Virus record (IMG/VR): IMGVR_UViG_3300021425_003324
Coordinates: 22,417-86,416 of that record
Strand: one strand, 5' to 3'
DNA from: a virus
Taxonomy: Duplodnaviria > Caudoviricetes
Length of the DNA stretch: 64,000 nt
Shown here: piece by piece, positions 1 to 9,841 of the stretch
How the letters are laid out: every line of letters starts with the position of its first letter
How positions within the stretch are numbered: position 1 is the first letter of the stretch
The notes under the pieces: model-generated
Seen by the model: the letters and a program-made list of their open reading frames with translations, nothing else
What the model was told of the DNA's origin: nothing
The model's database searches: none
Program-made: the position numbers and the translations under genes

Positions 1-2
1 AA

Positions 3-1457
3 TACAGCAGTTTCTCCTTTTGGAAATTGGCCTGTTTCTCTATCATACATGCTTAAAATAAATTCTGTTACTGGTATACTTTGCTTAGGCTTAAGATCAT
101 CTTCCGAAAGAGCATTATCTACCATATCATCTGCCCATTCTTCAAATTCTAAAAATTGAGCGTTTTCTGTTGGAACTTTAGGAGCTTTCTTTTCATTTCT
201 ACTATGTACGTATGTAATATATTTTTTTGTTAGAGGTCCTGCGCTTGAAATTGGTCCACTATATTGTAGATCCCATTCACCTTTCATTTGCTTATAAACA
301 TCCATACCAACTGCATTACCTATCATTTTAGGAACAATTAATGTATTATCTTGAGTATCTAATAATGCATATTTAGAGCCAGCAGTTGTAGTTACTCCTA
401 CCATTTCAAAACCATCTGGTAAAGGTTTTTTGAAATTTTGTAATTTTACAGGTCCTAACATTTCGTCAATAATATTATTAGGGGTAACTTTTTCAGCTTG
501 TTTTTCGCTAATTAATTTGTAAATATAAGGAAACACTTCTTGTAATTCTTCGTTGAATTGCTTGATAGTTAATTGATCAATCCAATTTTCTGCAACATCT
601 TGTGGAACTTCTTGTAGATCTTCATTAGTGAAATTTTCTACCATTTCTCGATATCTATTTTCTTTTTGGATGCTTTCGATAGTTTTCTTTACAGTTGTAA
701 TACGATCATTTACAATGTCTGCATATTCAGACAAGCCTTCTGCCATAACACTTGATCGACTTACATAATTTTTAAACTTCTTAAGTTTACCTAATTCTTC
801 GCTAAGACTTACAATATGCTTGCCAAAATCGTCGTGCATTGTACCACCTTCTGATACGTGTCTAGCCATTGCCCGTGCGCCATTTAAATGCTTGATAGGG
901 TATTTAAACCTTTCGCCTTCGGCATTTTCTACATATATATTTTCTATATGTTGTGTTCGGCCACTTGCTAGATTATTATTAACTGGTTGTGAATGTTTGA
1001 TGCTTAATCTAGCAGCACCTATATCTTGATAACTAGTTTTACTAGTTCCATAAAGTCGTGATTCTGTCATTGCTCCTTCTCCGGCGTTTTTAGCTAAAAA
1101 TTGATAGTCTCTTCTATTTAAATTACTTTTTGTTATGTCTCTTACATCAAAAGTTAATAATCTCTTTTTTGAAAAGTTTCTTAATTCTCTTAAAAATGCA
1201 TACCAATTTTTCTTTGTAGTTGCATCTTGCCCTTCTACAAAATTTTGTGCATACATAATGTTCAAACTTTTTTCGTCAAGAGCTATACTTACTTTGCCCA
1301 AACTGTCACCATTTTCTGTAAAATCAAAATCAAAAAATCTAGCTTCTTTTGGTTCGTTGGTTACATTTCCTTTTTCGTCACCTAGTGTAACACTGGGAAA
1401 TTTTCCTCTAACTTTGTTAAATAACTCTTCGCCTATAAAATTAATATTCTTTTCCAT
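3..1457 (-). CDS. Conserved hypothetical phage protein, truncated by the window edge (possible virion/internal protein)
   Basis: Not in the ORF track because it has no stop in the window. ATG at 1457 reads MEKNINFIGEELFNKVRGKFPSVTLGD..., and the same frame reads ...ILSMYDRETGQFPKGETAV at the edge. GATAAATA lies 5 nt upstream. Confidence 0.8.
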   Translation of the reverse strand, partial: MEKNINFIGEELFNKVRGKFPSVTLGDEKGNVTNEPKEARFFDFDFTENGDSLGKVSIALDEKSLNIMYAQNFVEGQDATTKKNWYAFLRELRNFSKKRLLTFDVRDITKSNLNRRDYQFLAKNAGEGAMTESRLYGTSKTSYQDIGAARLSIKHSQPVNNNLASGRTQHIENIYVENAEGERFKYPIKHLNGARAMARHVSEGGTMHDDFGKHIVSLSEELGKLKKFKNYVSRSSVMAEGLSEYADIVNDRITTVKKTIESIQKENRYREMVENFTNEDLQEVPQDVAENWIDQLTIKQFNEELQEVFPYIYKLISEKQAEKVTPNNIIDEMLGPVKLQNFKKPLPDGFEMVGVTTTAGSKYALLDTQDNTLIVPKMIGNAVGMDVYKQMKGEWDLQYSGPISSAGPLTKKYITYVHSRNEKKAPKVPTENAQFLEFEEWADDMVDNALSEDDLKPKQSIPVTEFILSMYDRETGQFPKGETAV

Positions 1458-1462
1458 AATTG

Positions 1463-1470
1463 TATTTATC
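1463..1470 (-). promoter_or_regulatory. T4 late-type promoter GATAAATA overlapping the terminase stop
   Basis: tatttatc on +; 5 nt before ATG 1457; resembles the T4 gp55 consensus TATAAATA. Confidence 0.65.
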
Positions 1471-3049
1471 AATAGTTGGTGCTTACAAAGATAGGCATCG
1501 GTGCCTGATAATCTTCCTCTTCGTCCATGGTTTTGAATGAATTATATATACGTGGATCCCAATCTCGTAATATACTAATAATACGTAGACATAACAACAA
1601 TGCACTTACTAAATCGTCTGTTTCTTCTAATTTTCCTCTATAAGTGGTCCCTACAGCAACAAAGTTTTTTAACTCGCTGATTAACGGAGCACTTGTAATT
1701 TGCAATTTATTATTTTCAATCATTACTTTTAATTTACTACACGCTGTTAATTTACTGCTATGTGTTGTATTAAATCCTTTCCTAAACTTCCTTACATGAC
1801 CTTTCCGTATAGGCTCACTTATAAATAGTCCAGGAATGTTTTCTTCTCCAAAATCATTAATTACCAATAATGCAGCTTCTCCAATAGCGTTGTTTTCAAC
1901 GCTCCAGTATATATTTGTTGCACTTTTTGTATGACTTGCAATGTAGTCACAAATATCTTTTAATACACGGATCTGTCCTGGTATTGCAGTTGTATTATGC
2001 CGCCATTCGCCTACTTGTTTATATGTAGGTAATTCTATAATTTGGATAGCTGCATAATCTCCGCCCGTTCCCATACAAGGATCTAAGCCTACTACATATG
2101 TTGCATCAGGTTTTATTTTATCATACCAACGAGTCTGACCCATATTAACAACAACCTTAGATGCCTCCATTGTAGCAAGTGTCATGCTATTAATAAGTGT
2201 TTCGTCATAAACTAAAAATTCACAACCGTATTCTCTGCGGAAACGTTCTTCACCGATCCTACCCATTTCAGCTTCGCGCCATTCTTCGTCCCGATCAGGG
2301 TGTTCATCCCAATGTACTGTAAAGCTATGGAAACCATTTAATCCTAATTCTTGCTCATTTCCATGGTCGTCATATTTTTGTTCTGCTTGTTTCCATATTG
2401 TTGCAAAAGTATCTTCGTCTGAATTTGGTGTACTAGTTATGATTGCACGACCACCAGTGGCAAGTGTTGGTGATATACTAGTCCAAAATTCTTCTGCAAT
2501 GTTTGGGGCAACAAACGCAAACTCATCACAATAAAGTAAAGATATACTCATACCTCTACCAGTGTTATCTGTTGTAGTAGCACTTACGATGCGAGATCCA
2601 TTTTCAAATTCGATGCTACCTTTATTATAACTAGTAACCCCTGCTCTAATATAATCCGGACACATTTCATAAACATATCTAACCCTTTGCATAATTTCTT
2701 GTGCGCCTGTATACTTGTGGGCAGCAATTAAAATCGTTTGGTCAGGGTTAAACATTGCAAACCAAGTTAGATAAATTGCTGCACAAGTAGTTTTACCTGT
2801 TTGCCTGGGCAACATGTTGATATTAAATCGATATTTGTGATATGTAGCAAAAAGTCTGACTTGGTATTCAAAAGGATCAAATTTTAATTTGCCTTTTACA
2901 GGATGTTGAATATATGCAAAATTTTTAGAGAAGTACAGGTATCCATCTTGAGGATCCATACATTTCATAAGATCCTCAATTTGTTCATTTGTAAAAGTTT
3001 CTGTTTGGTTTGCTTTTTTAGTTATTACACCGTCTAAGGATTTACTCAT
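1469..3049 (-). CDS. terL: Terminase large subunit, T4 gp17-like
   Basis: Walker A PRQTGKTT, Walker B LLYCDEFAF, coupling motif ITSTP, nuclease motifs VVGLDP and DDLV. Confidence 0.96.
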   Translation of the reverse strand: MSKSLDGVITKKANQTETFTNEQIEDLMKCMDPQDGYLYFSKNFAYIQHPVKGKLKFDPFEYQVRLFATYHKYRFNINMLPRQTGKTTCAAIYLTWFAMFNPDQTILIAAHKYTGAQEIMQRVRYVYEMCPDYIRAGVTSYNKGSIEFENGSRIVSATTTDNTGRGMSISLLYCDEFAFVAPNIAEEFWTSISPTLATGGRAIITSTPNSDEDTFATIWKQAEQKYDDHGNEQELGLNGFHSFTVHWDEHPDRDEEWREAEMGRIGEERFRREYGCEFLVYDETLINSMTLATMEASKVVVNMGQTRWYDKIKPDATYVVGLDPCMGTGGDYAAIQIIELPTYKQVGEWRHNTTAIPGQIRVLKDICDYIASHTKSATNIYWSVENNAIGEAALLVINDFGEENIPGLFISEPIRKGHVRKFRKGFNTTHSSKLTACSKLKVMIENNKLQITSAPLISELKNFVAVGTTYRGKLEETDDLVSALLLCLRIISILRDWDPRIYNSFKTMDEEEDYQAPMPIFVSTNY

Positions 3050-3052
3050 TTT

Positions 3053-4756
3053 TTATTTAGCGAAACTTGAAATCAAATTTATGATATTGCCAGCGGACAT
3101 TCCATGTTTTTGCAAAGCATCTATAGCTTGTTTTGTAACATTCATAACTTCTTGAGGTACATTTTGAGCAGCATTACCTTGATTTCCTGCAGCATTAATT
3201 GCGGCTGCGGCAGCTTTTCCTCTATCCGCTGCTTTATTTCCTGCTGCTTGTCCTGCTTGTGCTTTAGGTGCTGCTTTGGTAGCTCTTAGTCGTGCCTGTT
3301 GTCGTGCTTGGCTAACATTCTTTGGCCTTGGTTGTCCGCCTGCTTGTGCATTAGGTCGAAACCCTTGCGCTCTATCTCCAGCTTGAGCTTGTTGTTGCAT
3401 TTGCTGATTGCCTGCTGATTGTCCTGGGCTGTCTGCGGTAGTAGCCATTGCCTGTGCTGTGTTTGCTGGACCTTTAGGTGCTGCTCCACCTGAACGTTGC
3501 TGTTGGAAATAATTTGCTTGATCATTTGTTGCTGGCTTGGCTGCTGGCTTGGCTGCTCCACCTGAACGTTGCTGTTGGAAATAATTTGCTTGATCATTTG
3601 TTGCTGGCTTGGCTGCTCCACCCTTTTTCTCTGCTCCTGTAGGTTGTGTTTGTGAAATATCTGGTTGAGTTGCCGGTTCTGCTGTTGGCTCTTGTCCTTT
3701 TGGCGGAGTAGGAGGCGGACCTGCTTGGGGATTAGTTGTACCTCCACTTAATTCTTGGTCCCCAGTAGCTGCTTGTGTATTATCTGCTGGTGGTGCTTGT
3801 TGATCGTTTGCTGGTGGTGCTTGTTGATCGTTTGCTGGTGGTGCTTGTTGATCGTTTGCTGGTGGTGCTTGTTGATCGTTTGCTGGTGGTGCTTGTTGAG
3901 CATTATCGTCTGTAGCAGAAACCTTCTGCGCTTGGGTCTGATCTTGTTTTTCTGCATCTTTATCCCCTTTGTTTGCAGATCCAACACTTTGAGCATTTTT
4001 TATAAATTCATTCTCTTTGTCTATTAAGCCAAATTGATCGCCGCCACTTTTATAATGATCTCTCTTTTGCTCTAAATATTTTATCATTTGTTCTTTATTA
4101 AACGTAACTGTGCTACCAGTTCCATAAGTCTGTGTTGATTTATAAGTATCAGGCTGCTTTTTTATATTTGCAATCTCTGCATCAAGCTGTGCTGCAGGGT
4201 CCTGTTTCTGTTTGTTCTTATTAGCCGCAGGTTTCTTTGCAGGTTTTGTTGTTGTTGTTTGGGTTTTTTTCGTAGTTTGCGGTTGTGTATCATCTCCACC
4301 ATTGAACCAGCCAGAAACAGTATCTATACCTTTCTTCAGCCAATCAACTTCATCTAATTTTTCGTATTTTTCATATAAGTTTTTTTTTAACTGTGCTTTT
4401 AATTTTTCCTCATAGGTTATAGCAGGATCTTTAGCTCGTAACGCACCTTTGTCTTTTTTCCTATTTAAGCCACCAGATAAATCCTGTAGCATGTATGAAT
4501 CATCTTGATATTCTTCGTCTGGAGAATTAGCATATTCTTCTTCTACTGCTTCTCCACATGGTGTATCCATGCTGTGGGCGGCAGCACAAGCAGGACACAT
4601 ATGCTCTCCTTCGTCAGGCATAGGTTGATTAATGTCCATGTCTGTGACTAGATGTGCAGTGTCTAATCCTGCGTTTTTTAGAATTGCCATTAATTCTAAG
4701 ACTTCGCTGCTGGTGTTTCCAGTCATTGATATATTCATACTTGCTTCTTTTAACAT
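3053..4756 (-). CDS. Low-complexity Gln/Ala/Pro-rich protein, putative internal head protein
   Basis: 567-aa ORF; acidic N-terminal region with LMAILKNAGL, CPACAAAH and YANSPDEEY; long disordered Q/A/P tail. Confidence 0.6.
   Translation of the reverse strand: MLKEASMNISMTGNTSSEVLELMAILKNAGLDTAHLVTDMDINQPMPDEGEHMCPACAAAHSMDTPCGEAVEEEYANSPDEEYQDDSYMLQDLSGGLNRKKDKGALRAKDPAITYEEKLKAQLKKNLYEKYEKLDEVDWLKKGIDTVSGWFNGGDDTQPQTTKKTQTTTTKPAKKPAANKNKQKQDPAAQLDAEIANIKKQPDTYKSTQTYGTGSTVTFNKEQMIKYLEQKRDHYKSGGDQFGLIDKENEFIKNAQSVGSANKGDKDAEKQDQTQAQKVSATDDNAQQAPPANDQQAPPANDQQAPPANDQQAPPANDQQAPPADNTQAATGDQELSGGTTNPQAGPPPTPPKGQEPTAEPATQPDISQTQPTGAEKKGGAAKPATNDQANYFQQQRSGGAAKPAAKPATNDQANYFQQQRSGGAAPKGPANTAQAMATTADSPGQSAGNQQMQQQAQAGDRAQGFRPNAQAGGQPRPKNVSQARQQARLRATKAAPKAQAGQAAGNKAADRGKAAAAAINAAGNQGNAAQNVPQEVMNVTKQAIDALQKHGMSAGNIINLISSFAK
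3054..3061 (-). promoter_or_regulatory. Late-type promoter GCTAAATA, 4 nt before the terL ATG
   Basis: Minus strand reads GCTAAATA-aaaa-ATG; no SD sequence. Confidence 0.6.
3480..3622. repeat. 72-bp-period in-frame tandem duplication (KPATNDQANYFQQQRSGGAA x2)
   Basis: gctgctccacctgaacgttgctgttggaaataatttgcttgatcatttgttgctggcttggctgct at 3480 and 3552. Confidence 0.9.
3785..3899. repeat. 24-bp coding tandem repeat, about 4.8 copies (QQAPPAND)
   Basis: Unit tgctggtggtgcttgttgatcgtt repeated exactly. Confidence 0.95.
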
Positions 4757-4767
4757 TATTTTTCCTC

Positions 4768-7700
4768 TTAATAAAACTCTTTTAATAAACCTGCGTTTTT
4801 TAATAATCTTCTAAAATCTGTGCTGTCTCTTACTTGAACATTAGCAGTAGCAGCCTCTTTATTTTTCTGTGCTGCTGCAGTGTTGGCCTCTGCTTCTGTA
4901 TCATAATATGTTATATCTAATGCATTTTCTTTATTGTATACACGGTATTGTGTTTTTCTGTCTTTCGTAACGGTATCTACTACATATTTCGCAGGTACAT
5001 CTCCGGTTTGTACCGGATTCGTGATCTCTCCTGGATTTGGTGCTTGGTTTAGATTGTTGACATTTGAAGGCTGACCAGCATTGGCAGTCGATCCGTATAA
5101 TTGCTTATACTTATCAATAACATTTTTTTGTCTTAGTAACGAATCGTTGATCGCTGTTTTTAATACGTCACTTGTTTTAGGATACTTTAGCATCGCAGTT
5201 AGGTCTTGATACTCATCATCATATGTGTTAAACCAATTATTATAAGCTGTCTTTTTATCTGTATCGTTCATTTTCTGATCATTAAGTATTTTTAACATAT
5301 TTTGTGCTGATGCGTTCAGTTGTTGAATATCTTTTAAATCACTTTCATCAGTTTTACCATTACCTGTAATTGGAGTTGTAACTGACGGTCTTGGATCTGG
5401 TATGATCTCGCTAGCTCTACCTCTGGCAAATTCTTTTGCTGCTTCTTCTGTCTTAAATGGTCCTCCTTTTACTTTTGCAACACCTTCAGGTCTTTGTACA
5501 TATACATCATATCCAAGATCTGTTTGTCTAATAAAATGTGGATATTTCCTTTCCCTACCTTGATAATTACTTGTATCTGTACCCCAGCTTCCTACTGATT
5601 GGTCATTTACATCTGGTCCTTGTAACTCGCTTGGTTTTTGATCACTCTGTTTATTGCCAAAGTCTACCCTCTGTGGGCTAGTGTCTATATAGGATCCATC
5701 TTTCCTTTTTGTTTTCCAACGATCATTAGGAGCATTAAGGATATCTCCACCTCCAGGACCATCGCCAGCCATATCATTCCATTTTTTAAGTTTTGCCCAT
5801 TCGGCTTGATCAATGAATTCCAAATTCCTACTTTTCAGCATATCAATAATTGCTTTATAAGCGGCTTGGCTCATATCTTTTGATATTTGACGTGCAATTT
5901 TGTAAGATCCACCATTGGCAGTGTCTTGATTAACAATATTTAAAGTATCACTTAGATTTGCTCCAGCATTACTTTCACTATCTCTTATTCTATCAACATA
6001 ATATGTCCTTGATTGCGGCAGCCTTAGCAAATTGTTAATTTCTGTTGGCAACGGTATAAATCTTTCATAATGTAATTTATCTGTTTTGCGTTGTTGTACA
6101 AACTTTTGTCCAACCTTTTTACCAAACTCACTACCTACTTTCCTTGCTGCTGCCCCGCCATCAGCTGTAGTTTGTCCAGATTGTAGAGCTTCTATAGATT
6201 GGAAAACTCCGTTTATGTCTCGCACCATTTTTGATGCAAATTGTTTGTCAAAATTAATTAACCCATCTACTTCCGGACCGTTTATATATACATTCAATAT
6301 GCTAGCCAATGCTTCTAATCTAGCCCGATCATTTGCAAGTTCTTTTACATCTATGTCAGCTTCAAACAACCTTTTACCTATTATTTTTTTTGCTTCAGTT
6401 TTTTTAGCAGATTGGGGATATTTTTTTAGATAATAATGAATAGCATCTTTAATGATAGTGTAATTATCTTTTGTTACCCTTAATTTCCTAATGTCTCTTG
6501 GCGACATTTTTAGAATTGAATCAACAGTTAGACCTTTAGAGGATTGTTCTGGTGGTTGATTTGCTGATGCATCGTCTGATGTAACACCATACATTTTATT
6601 AAGTTCATCTTGACTCTTCATTGGCTTTGTTGAATCATCAGCAGTTTTTGTAATGTCAAATTCTTCTTGCGGATTAACTTTTTGTTGTTGATAGGTTATA
6701 GAAGCAGGTAATAAATTTTTGTTCAACTGAGCTTGAGCTATCTTACGGTGTTTTGGATCTGAAAAGTCTACGTTATCACTTTCAAATTCACCTCTTGGCA
6801 TTTTATCACCAAGTTTTTTGCTTAACTCGGTTTGTTTAGCACGAGAATAAAATACTTGAGGAGGATTTGTTGCTGTATCTACATGCGATATTAATCCTTC
6901 TAAACCTAGTTCCTGGGCAATTATACCATAAAAATTATTCATCGCATTCCATCTTGTATCAAAGAAACCTACTTCTCCTAATACTTTATTCGCTTGGGTA
7001 ACAAGATTGTCTGCTGTTGGATTCGAAAGGACTGCATTTATATAGTCAGCATAATATCCTAGATCTCCCTTAGATTTAGCATATTGAGTGCCATCTGTTT
7101 TATCCTGCTTAAACTTATCTAATCTATCATTAGCATTGGCTTGTGTTTTAAGTCTTGCATCTGCTGCATCTCTTTCAGCATCTCTTTCAACATCGTCTGC
7201 ATTACCTTTAAACGTTCCTGAAGATTTTGTGCCAGGATCAAATCCACTTGATCCTCCTAATGCAGGATCGTCAGTATCTGCTTGGGCTCGTTGTTTAGCT
7301 TTTGCGTAGACATCACCTTTTCTTTTTTGCCAGTCTATTTCTTCCCATGCATTTGTTGCTTCATCTGGTAACATATCTACCATTCTTGAAAACATATTTT
7401 TTATTGTGTTCCAATCTCTTTCGTCGTCAGCAGACATTATTTCAATTTTGCTCCAGTCGATATTTTCTCCTTTTTCAACCAGTCGAATATAATATCTTAA
7501 TTCTTCATGGATAGATTCTGTTTTTTTCTTACTGCCATATGTGTAAGCATATTTCGCTAATAATCTTTGCGCTCTATTAATCCATTCTTTCCAATTTCCC
7601 CTGTTTAATTCTTCTACTTCTTTTCCTTGGTACTGAACCATTTTAGTACTTTTCTTGCTACTTGGATCTAATTCATCATACCATTTAGAACCTGCTCTTG

Positions 7701-9312
7701 CTGTAGCAGTTTTTTTAGATTGAACTAATTTTTGATTAATAGTTTCCCATTCTCTTGCAAATTTATCAGGTAATGCAGTTTGCGAAAACATATCGCTTAA
7801 TCTAACCCATTCTTTTTGGTCTTCAGGCCTCATAAAAGTTGGCTCAATCTCTTCTACATTTGGCAACCTTTCTTTTGATTGAACTTCTGGTTGTTCCTTA
7901 CTATCCCCAGAAAGAGCGCTTACACCTTTGTCCCACAATCCTTTAAGTGTGTCACCAAAACCTTCTTCATTTATCCTAGATTCATTTTTAGAAGTATTAA
8001 ATAAGTCAGGATATTTTGCAAGTAACTGATTTGCTCGTTTTAGCCATAATTCTGCATTATATCTATCTAATGCCTGGACGTTTTTTCCTTGCCATTTGAC
8101 TAGATTATGATCAGGAACCATTTTATCTAATTCATCGCCTGAATCGTCAGACATCATTTTAGCAATTTCTGGCCATACCTCTTCAATTCCTCCATGTTTG
8201 TAAATAGATATAATTCCGTTTTCATCTTCTCCAGTTTGTGCATTAAAATTTTTCCTCAAAGCGCCTAAAGCACTCATTAGCGTAGGGTTGTCTTTTGCAT
8301 TATACGGAGGCGTAAAAGCTCGGTCTAAATTTCCAGTTGTTATATATTGTTGCAATGCTTTATCTATTATTGGTAAGAAATTTTTTCTATCAGACCAATC
8401 AAGATTTGTTGTAGCATTTTTATCTGCCGGACTATCAATGTCCATTGTATCATCAACAGAAAATTTTAAATCATATTTTGTTTTTCTTTTTTGTAAATTA
8501 TCAAAAGCAGATTTTGCTTCCGGAGGTAAAGATTTTCCAAACATAGAAAACTGCTGTAGTAATACTTTCCAGTTTTCTTTATCTTGATCAGACATTTCTT
8601 CTTGTTCAAACAATTGCTGTAGGGTCAATCGAATACTTTCAGTTAAAGTGAAAGATTTTCCTAGTTCTACCGACTCTACATATCTGTTTAATAATTCATT
8701 GCCTAATTTAATCCAATCCTGCCAATTGTCTTTACTCAGCTGTGGTACATCAGTTCCATTCCATTTAACTTTAACTTGACCTCCGCCGCTAAAAAAATCT
8801 TGTTTACCGTGATTTTTATAATCTGGAGATGATGATTTATCATCTTTTTCTGGTTCTTTTTCTGGTTCTTTTTCTGGTTCAATTTCTTTAAACTTATCGT
8901 TCCATTTCAAATTATATTTTTTTGCAATTTTTTGATCTAACCATCCAAGTTCATTTTGTTTACGTGCAGATGTTAAATCACCTTTTTTAAATTCTTTAAA
9001 CGTTCCGTCTGTTTGCAATGCAGTACTAACAGTTGTACCATCCGGTGCCGTGAATGCACGTAATTTTAAAGTTTGAGCTAATCTGCCATAGAATCTATTT
9101 TTAATATAATCATCATTTACGACCTTAAAAAATCCTGCATGATCGTTAATTAACCACTCGAGTTTTTGCTCTAACTTTTGAGGAGTATAATCTCGTGAAA
9201 TTCCTCTTGGAGCAACAGCATTATCAATGTCTTTATCTATTTCAGTCGTGTCACCAACTTTTTTAATAGAATATTCAGATATAGAATCTATTTTTTCTAA
9301 CAAATCTCTCAT
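4768..9312 (-). CDS. 1514-aa hypothetical protein with three internal ~100-aa repeats; putative internal head/ejection protein
   Basis: Long ORF; repeats VKWxG..V..L...N...W......LL.KY; C-terminal FRRLLKNAGL; EPEK x3 near 8845-8880. Confidence 0.6.
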   Translation of the reverse strand: MRDLLEKIDSISEYSIKKVGDTTEIDKDIDNAVAPRGISRDYTPQKLEQKLEWLINDHAGFFKVVNDDYIKNRFYGRLAQTLKLRAFTAPDGTTVSTALQTDGTFKEFKKGDLTSARKQNELGWLDQKIAKKYNLKWNDKFKEIEPEKEPEKEPEKDDKSSSPDYKNHGKQDFFSGGGQVKVKWNGTDVPQLSKDNWQDWIKLGNELLNRYVESVELGKSFTLTESIRLTLQQLFEQEEMSDQDKENWKVLLQQFSMFGKSLPPEAKSAFDNLQKRKTKYDLKFSVDDTMDIDSPADKNATTNLDWSDRKNFLPIIDKALQQYITTGNLDRAFTPPYNAKDNPTLMSALGALRKNFNAQTGEDENGIISIYKHGGIEEVWPEIAKMMSDDSGDELDKMVPDHNLVKWQGKNVQALDRYNAELWLKRANQLLAKYPDLFNTSKNESRINEEGFGDTLKGLWDKGVSALSGDSKEQPEVQSKERLPNVEEIEPTFMRPEDQKEWVRLSDMFSQTALPDKFAREWETINQKLVQSKKTATARAGSKWYDELDPSSKKSTKMVQYQGKEVEELNRGNWKEWINRAQRLLAKYAYTYGSKKKTESIHEELRYYIRLVEKGENIDWSKIEIMSADDERDWNTIKNMFSRMVDMLPDEATNAWEEIDWQKRKGDVYAKAKQRAQADTDDPALGGSSGFDPGTKSSGTFKGNADDVERDAERDAADARLKTQANANDRLDKFKQDKTDGTQYAKSKGDLGYYADYINAVLSNPTADNLVTQANKVLGEVGFFDTRWNAMNNFYGIIAQELGLEGLISHVDTATNPPQVFYSRAKQTELSKKLGDKMPRGEFESDNVDFSDPKHRKIAQAQLNKNLLPASITYQQQKVNPQEEFDITKTADDSTKPMKSQDELNKMYGVTSDDASANQPPEQSSKGLTVDSILKMSPRDIRKLRVTKDNYTIIKDAIHYYLKKYPQSAKKTEAKKIIGKRLFEADIDVKELANDRARLEALASILNVYINGPEVDGLINFDKQFASKMVRDINGVFQSIEALQSGQTTADGGAAARKVGSEFGKKVGQKFVQQRKTDKLHYERFIPLPTEINNLLRLPQSRTYYVDRIRDSESNAGANLSDTLNIVNQDTANGGSYKIARQISKDMSQAAYKAIIDMLKSRNLEFIDQAEWAKLKKWNDMAGDGPGGGDILNAPNDRWKTKRKDGSYIDTSPQRVDFGNKQSDQKPSELQGPDVNDQSVGSWGTDTSNYQGRERKYPHFIRQTDLGYDVYVQRPEGVAKVKGGPFKTEEAAKEFARGRASEIIPDPRPSVTTPITGNGKTDESDLKDIQQLNASAQNMLKILNDQKMNDTDKKTAYNNWFNTYDDEYQDLTAMLKYPKTSDVLKTAINDSLLRQKNVIDKYKQLYGSTANAGQPSNVNNLNQAPNPGEITNPVQTGDVPAKYVVDTVTKDRKTQYRVYNKENALDITYYDTEAEANTAAAQKNKEAATANVQVRDSTDFRRLLKNAGLLKEFY

Positions 9313-9821
9313 TATTTTTCCTTAGCAATGCCTTTAGTTGGATCATATTCGTTTTCTTTTTTTGCAGTTTCTAATTCTTTTAATAGATCCATAACCCTAT
9401 TTTGTCCAACTTGATCCTGTGCAGATTCTCCGCCAAGTTCTTCTTTGGTAAGCAGTGTTTCGTATTGTGTAGGTTCTTTTTCTTCTTGATACTTTTCTGT
9501 TTCATCATTTTCTCCACGTACTCGCAAATGACTAGCAGGATAATCAGTATTAAGTGTTAGATAACTTTCTAAAACATGACTTGTAGTTGGATAACTTACT
9601 TCAGCATCAAAAGTAGTAACTTCACAGTTAGTTAATTGAGGAAAGTCTAATGGTCTTTCAGTAATAGGAGTTGTTTTGCCTTTTGAGAAACTAACAACTT
9701 CATACTTGTTAAGAGCGGTTTCAAGTCTATCAACAAAGCCTTCTGGTAATTCTCCAGCAGCTCTAATTTTAAATTTATAAGTTTTTTTCGATTCGGTTAA
9801 AAATTCTTTAAGTGATTTCAT
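9312..9821 (-). CDS. Hypothetical protein with capsid-targeting-like N-terminus
   Basis: 169 aa; starts MKSLKEFLTE; SD-like AGGA upstream. Confidence 0.7.
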   Translation of the reverse strand: MKSLKEFLTESKKTYKFKIRAAGELPEGFVDRLETALNKYEVVSFSKGKTTPITERPLDFPQLTNCEVTTFDAEVSYPTTSHVLESYLTLNTDYPASHLRVRGENDETEKYQEEKEPTQYETLLTKEELGGESAQDQVGQNRVMDLLKELETAKKENEYDPTKGIAKEK

Positions 9822-9841
9822 TGCAATAATCCTAGTTTTAT

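Noticed and set aside
1469-3049. Intein or intron in terL
   Set aside because: 526 aa with contiguous motifs and no splice-junction signature.
3785-3899. CRISPR array or iterons
   Set aside because: Head-to-tail 24-bp units with no spacers, encoding QQAPPAND within an ORF.
3755-4027. Plus-strand ORF with repeated CWWCLLIV, resembling a Cys-rich peptide precursor
   Set aside because: It is the antisense reading of the 24-bp repeat; no RBS or promoter seen.
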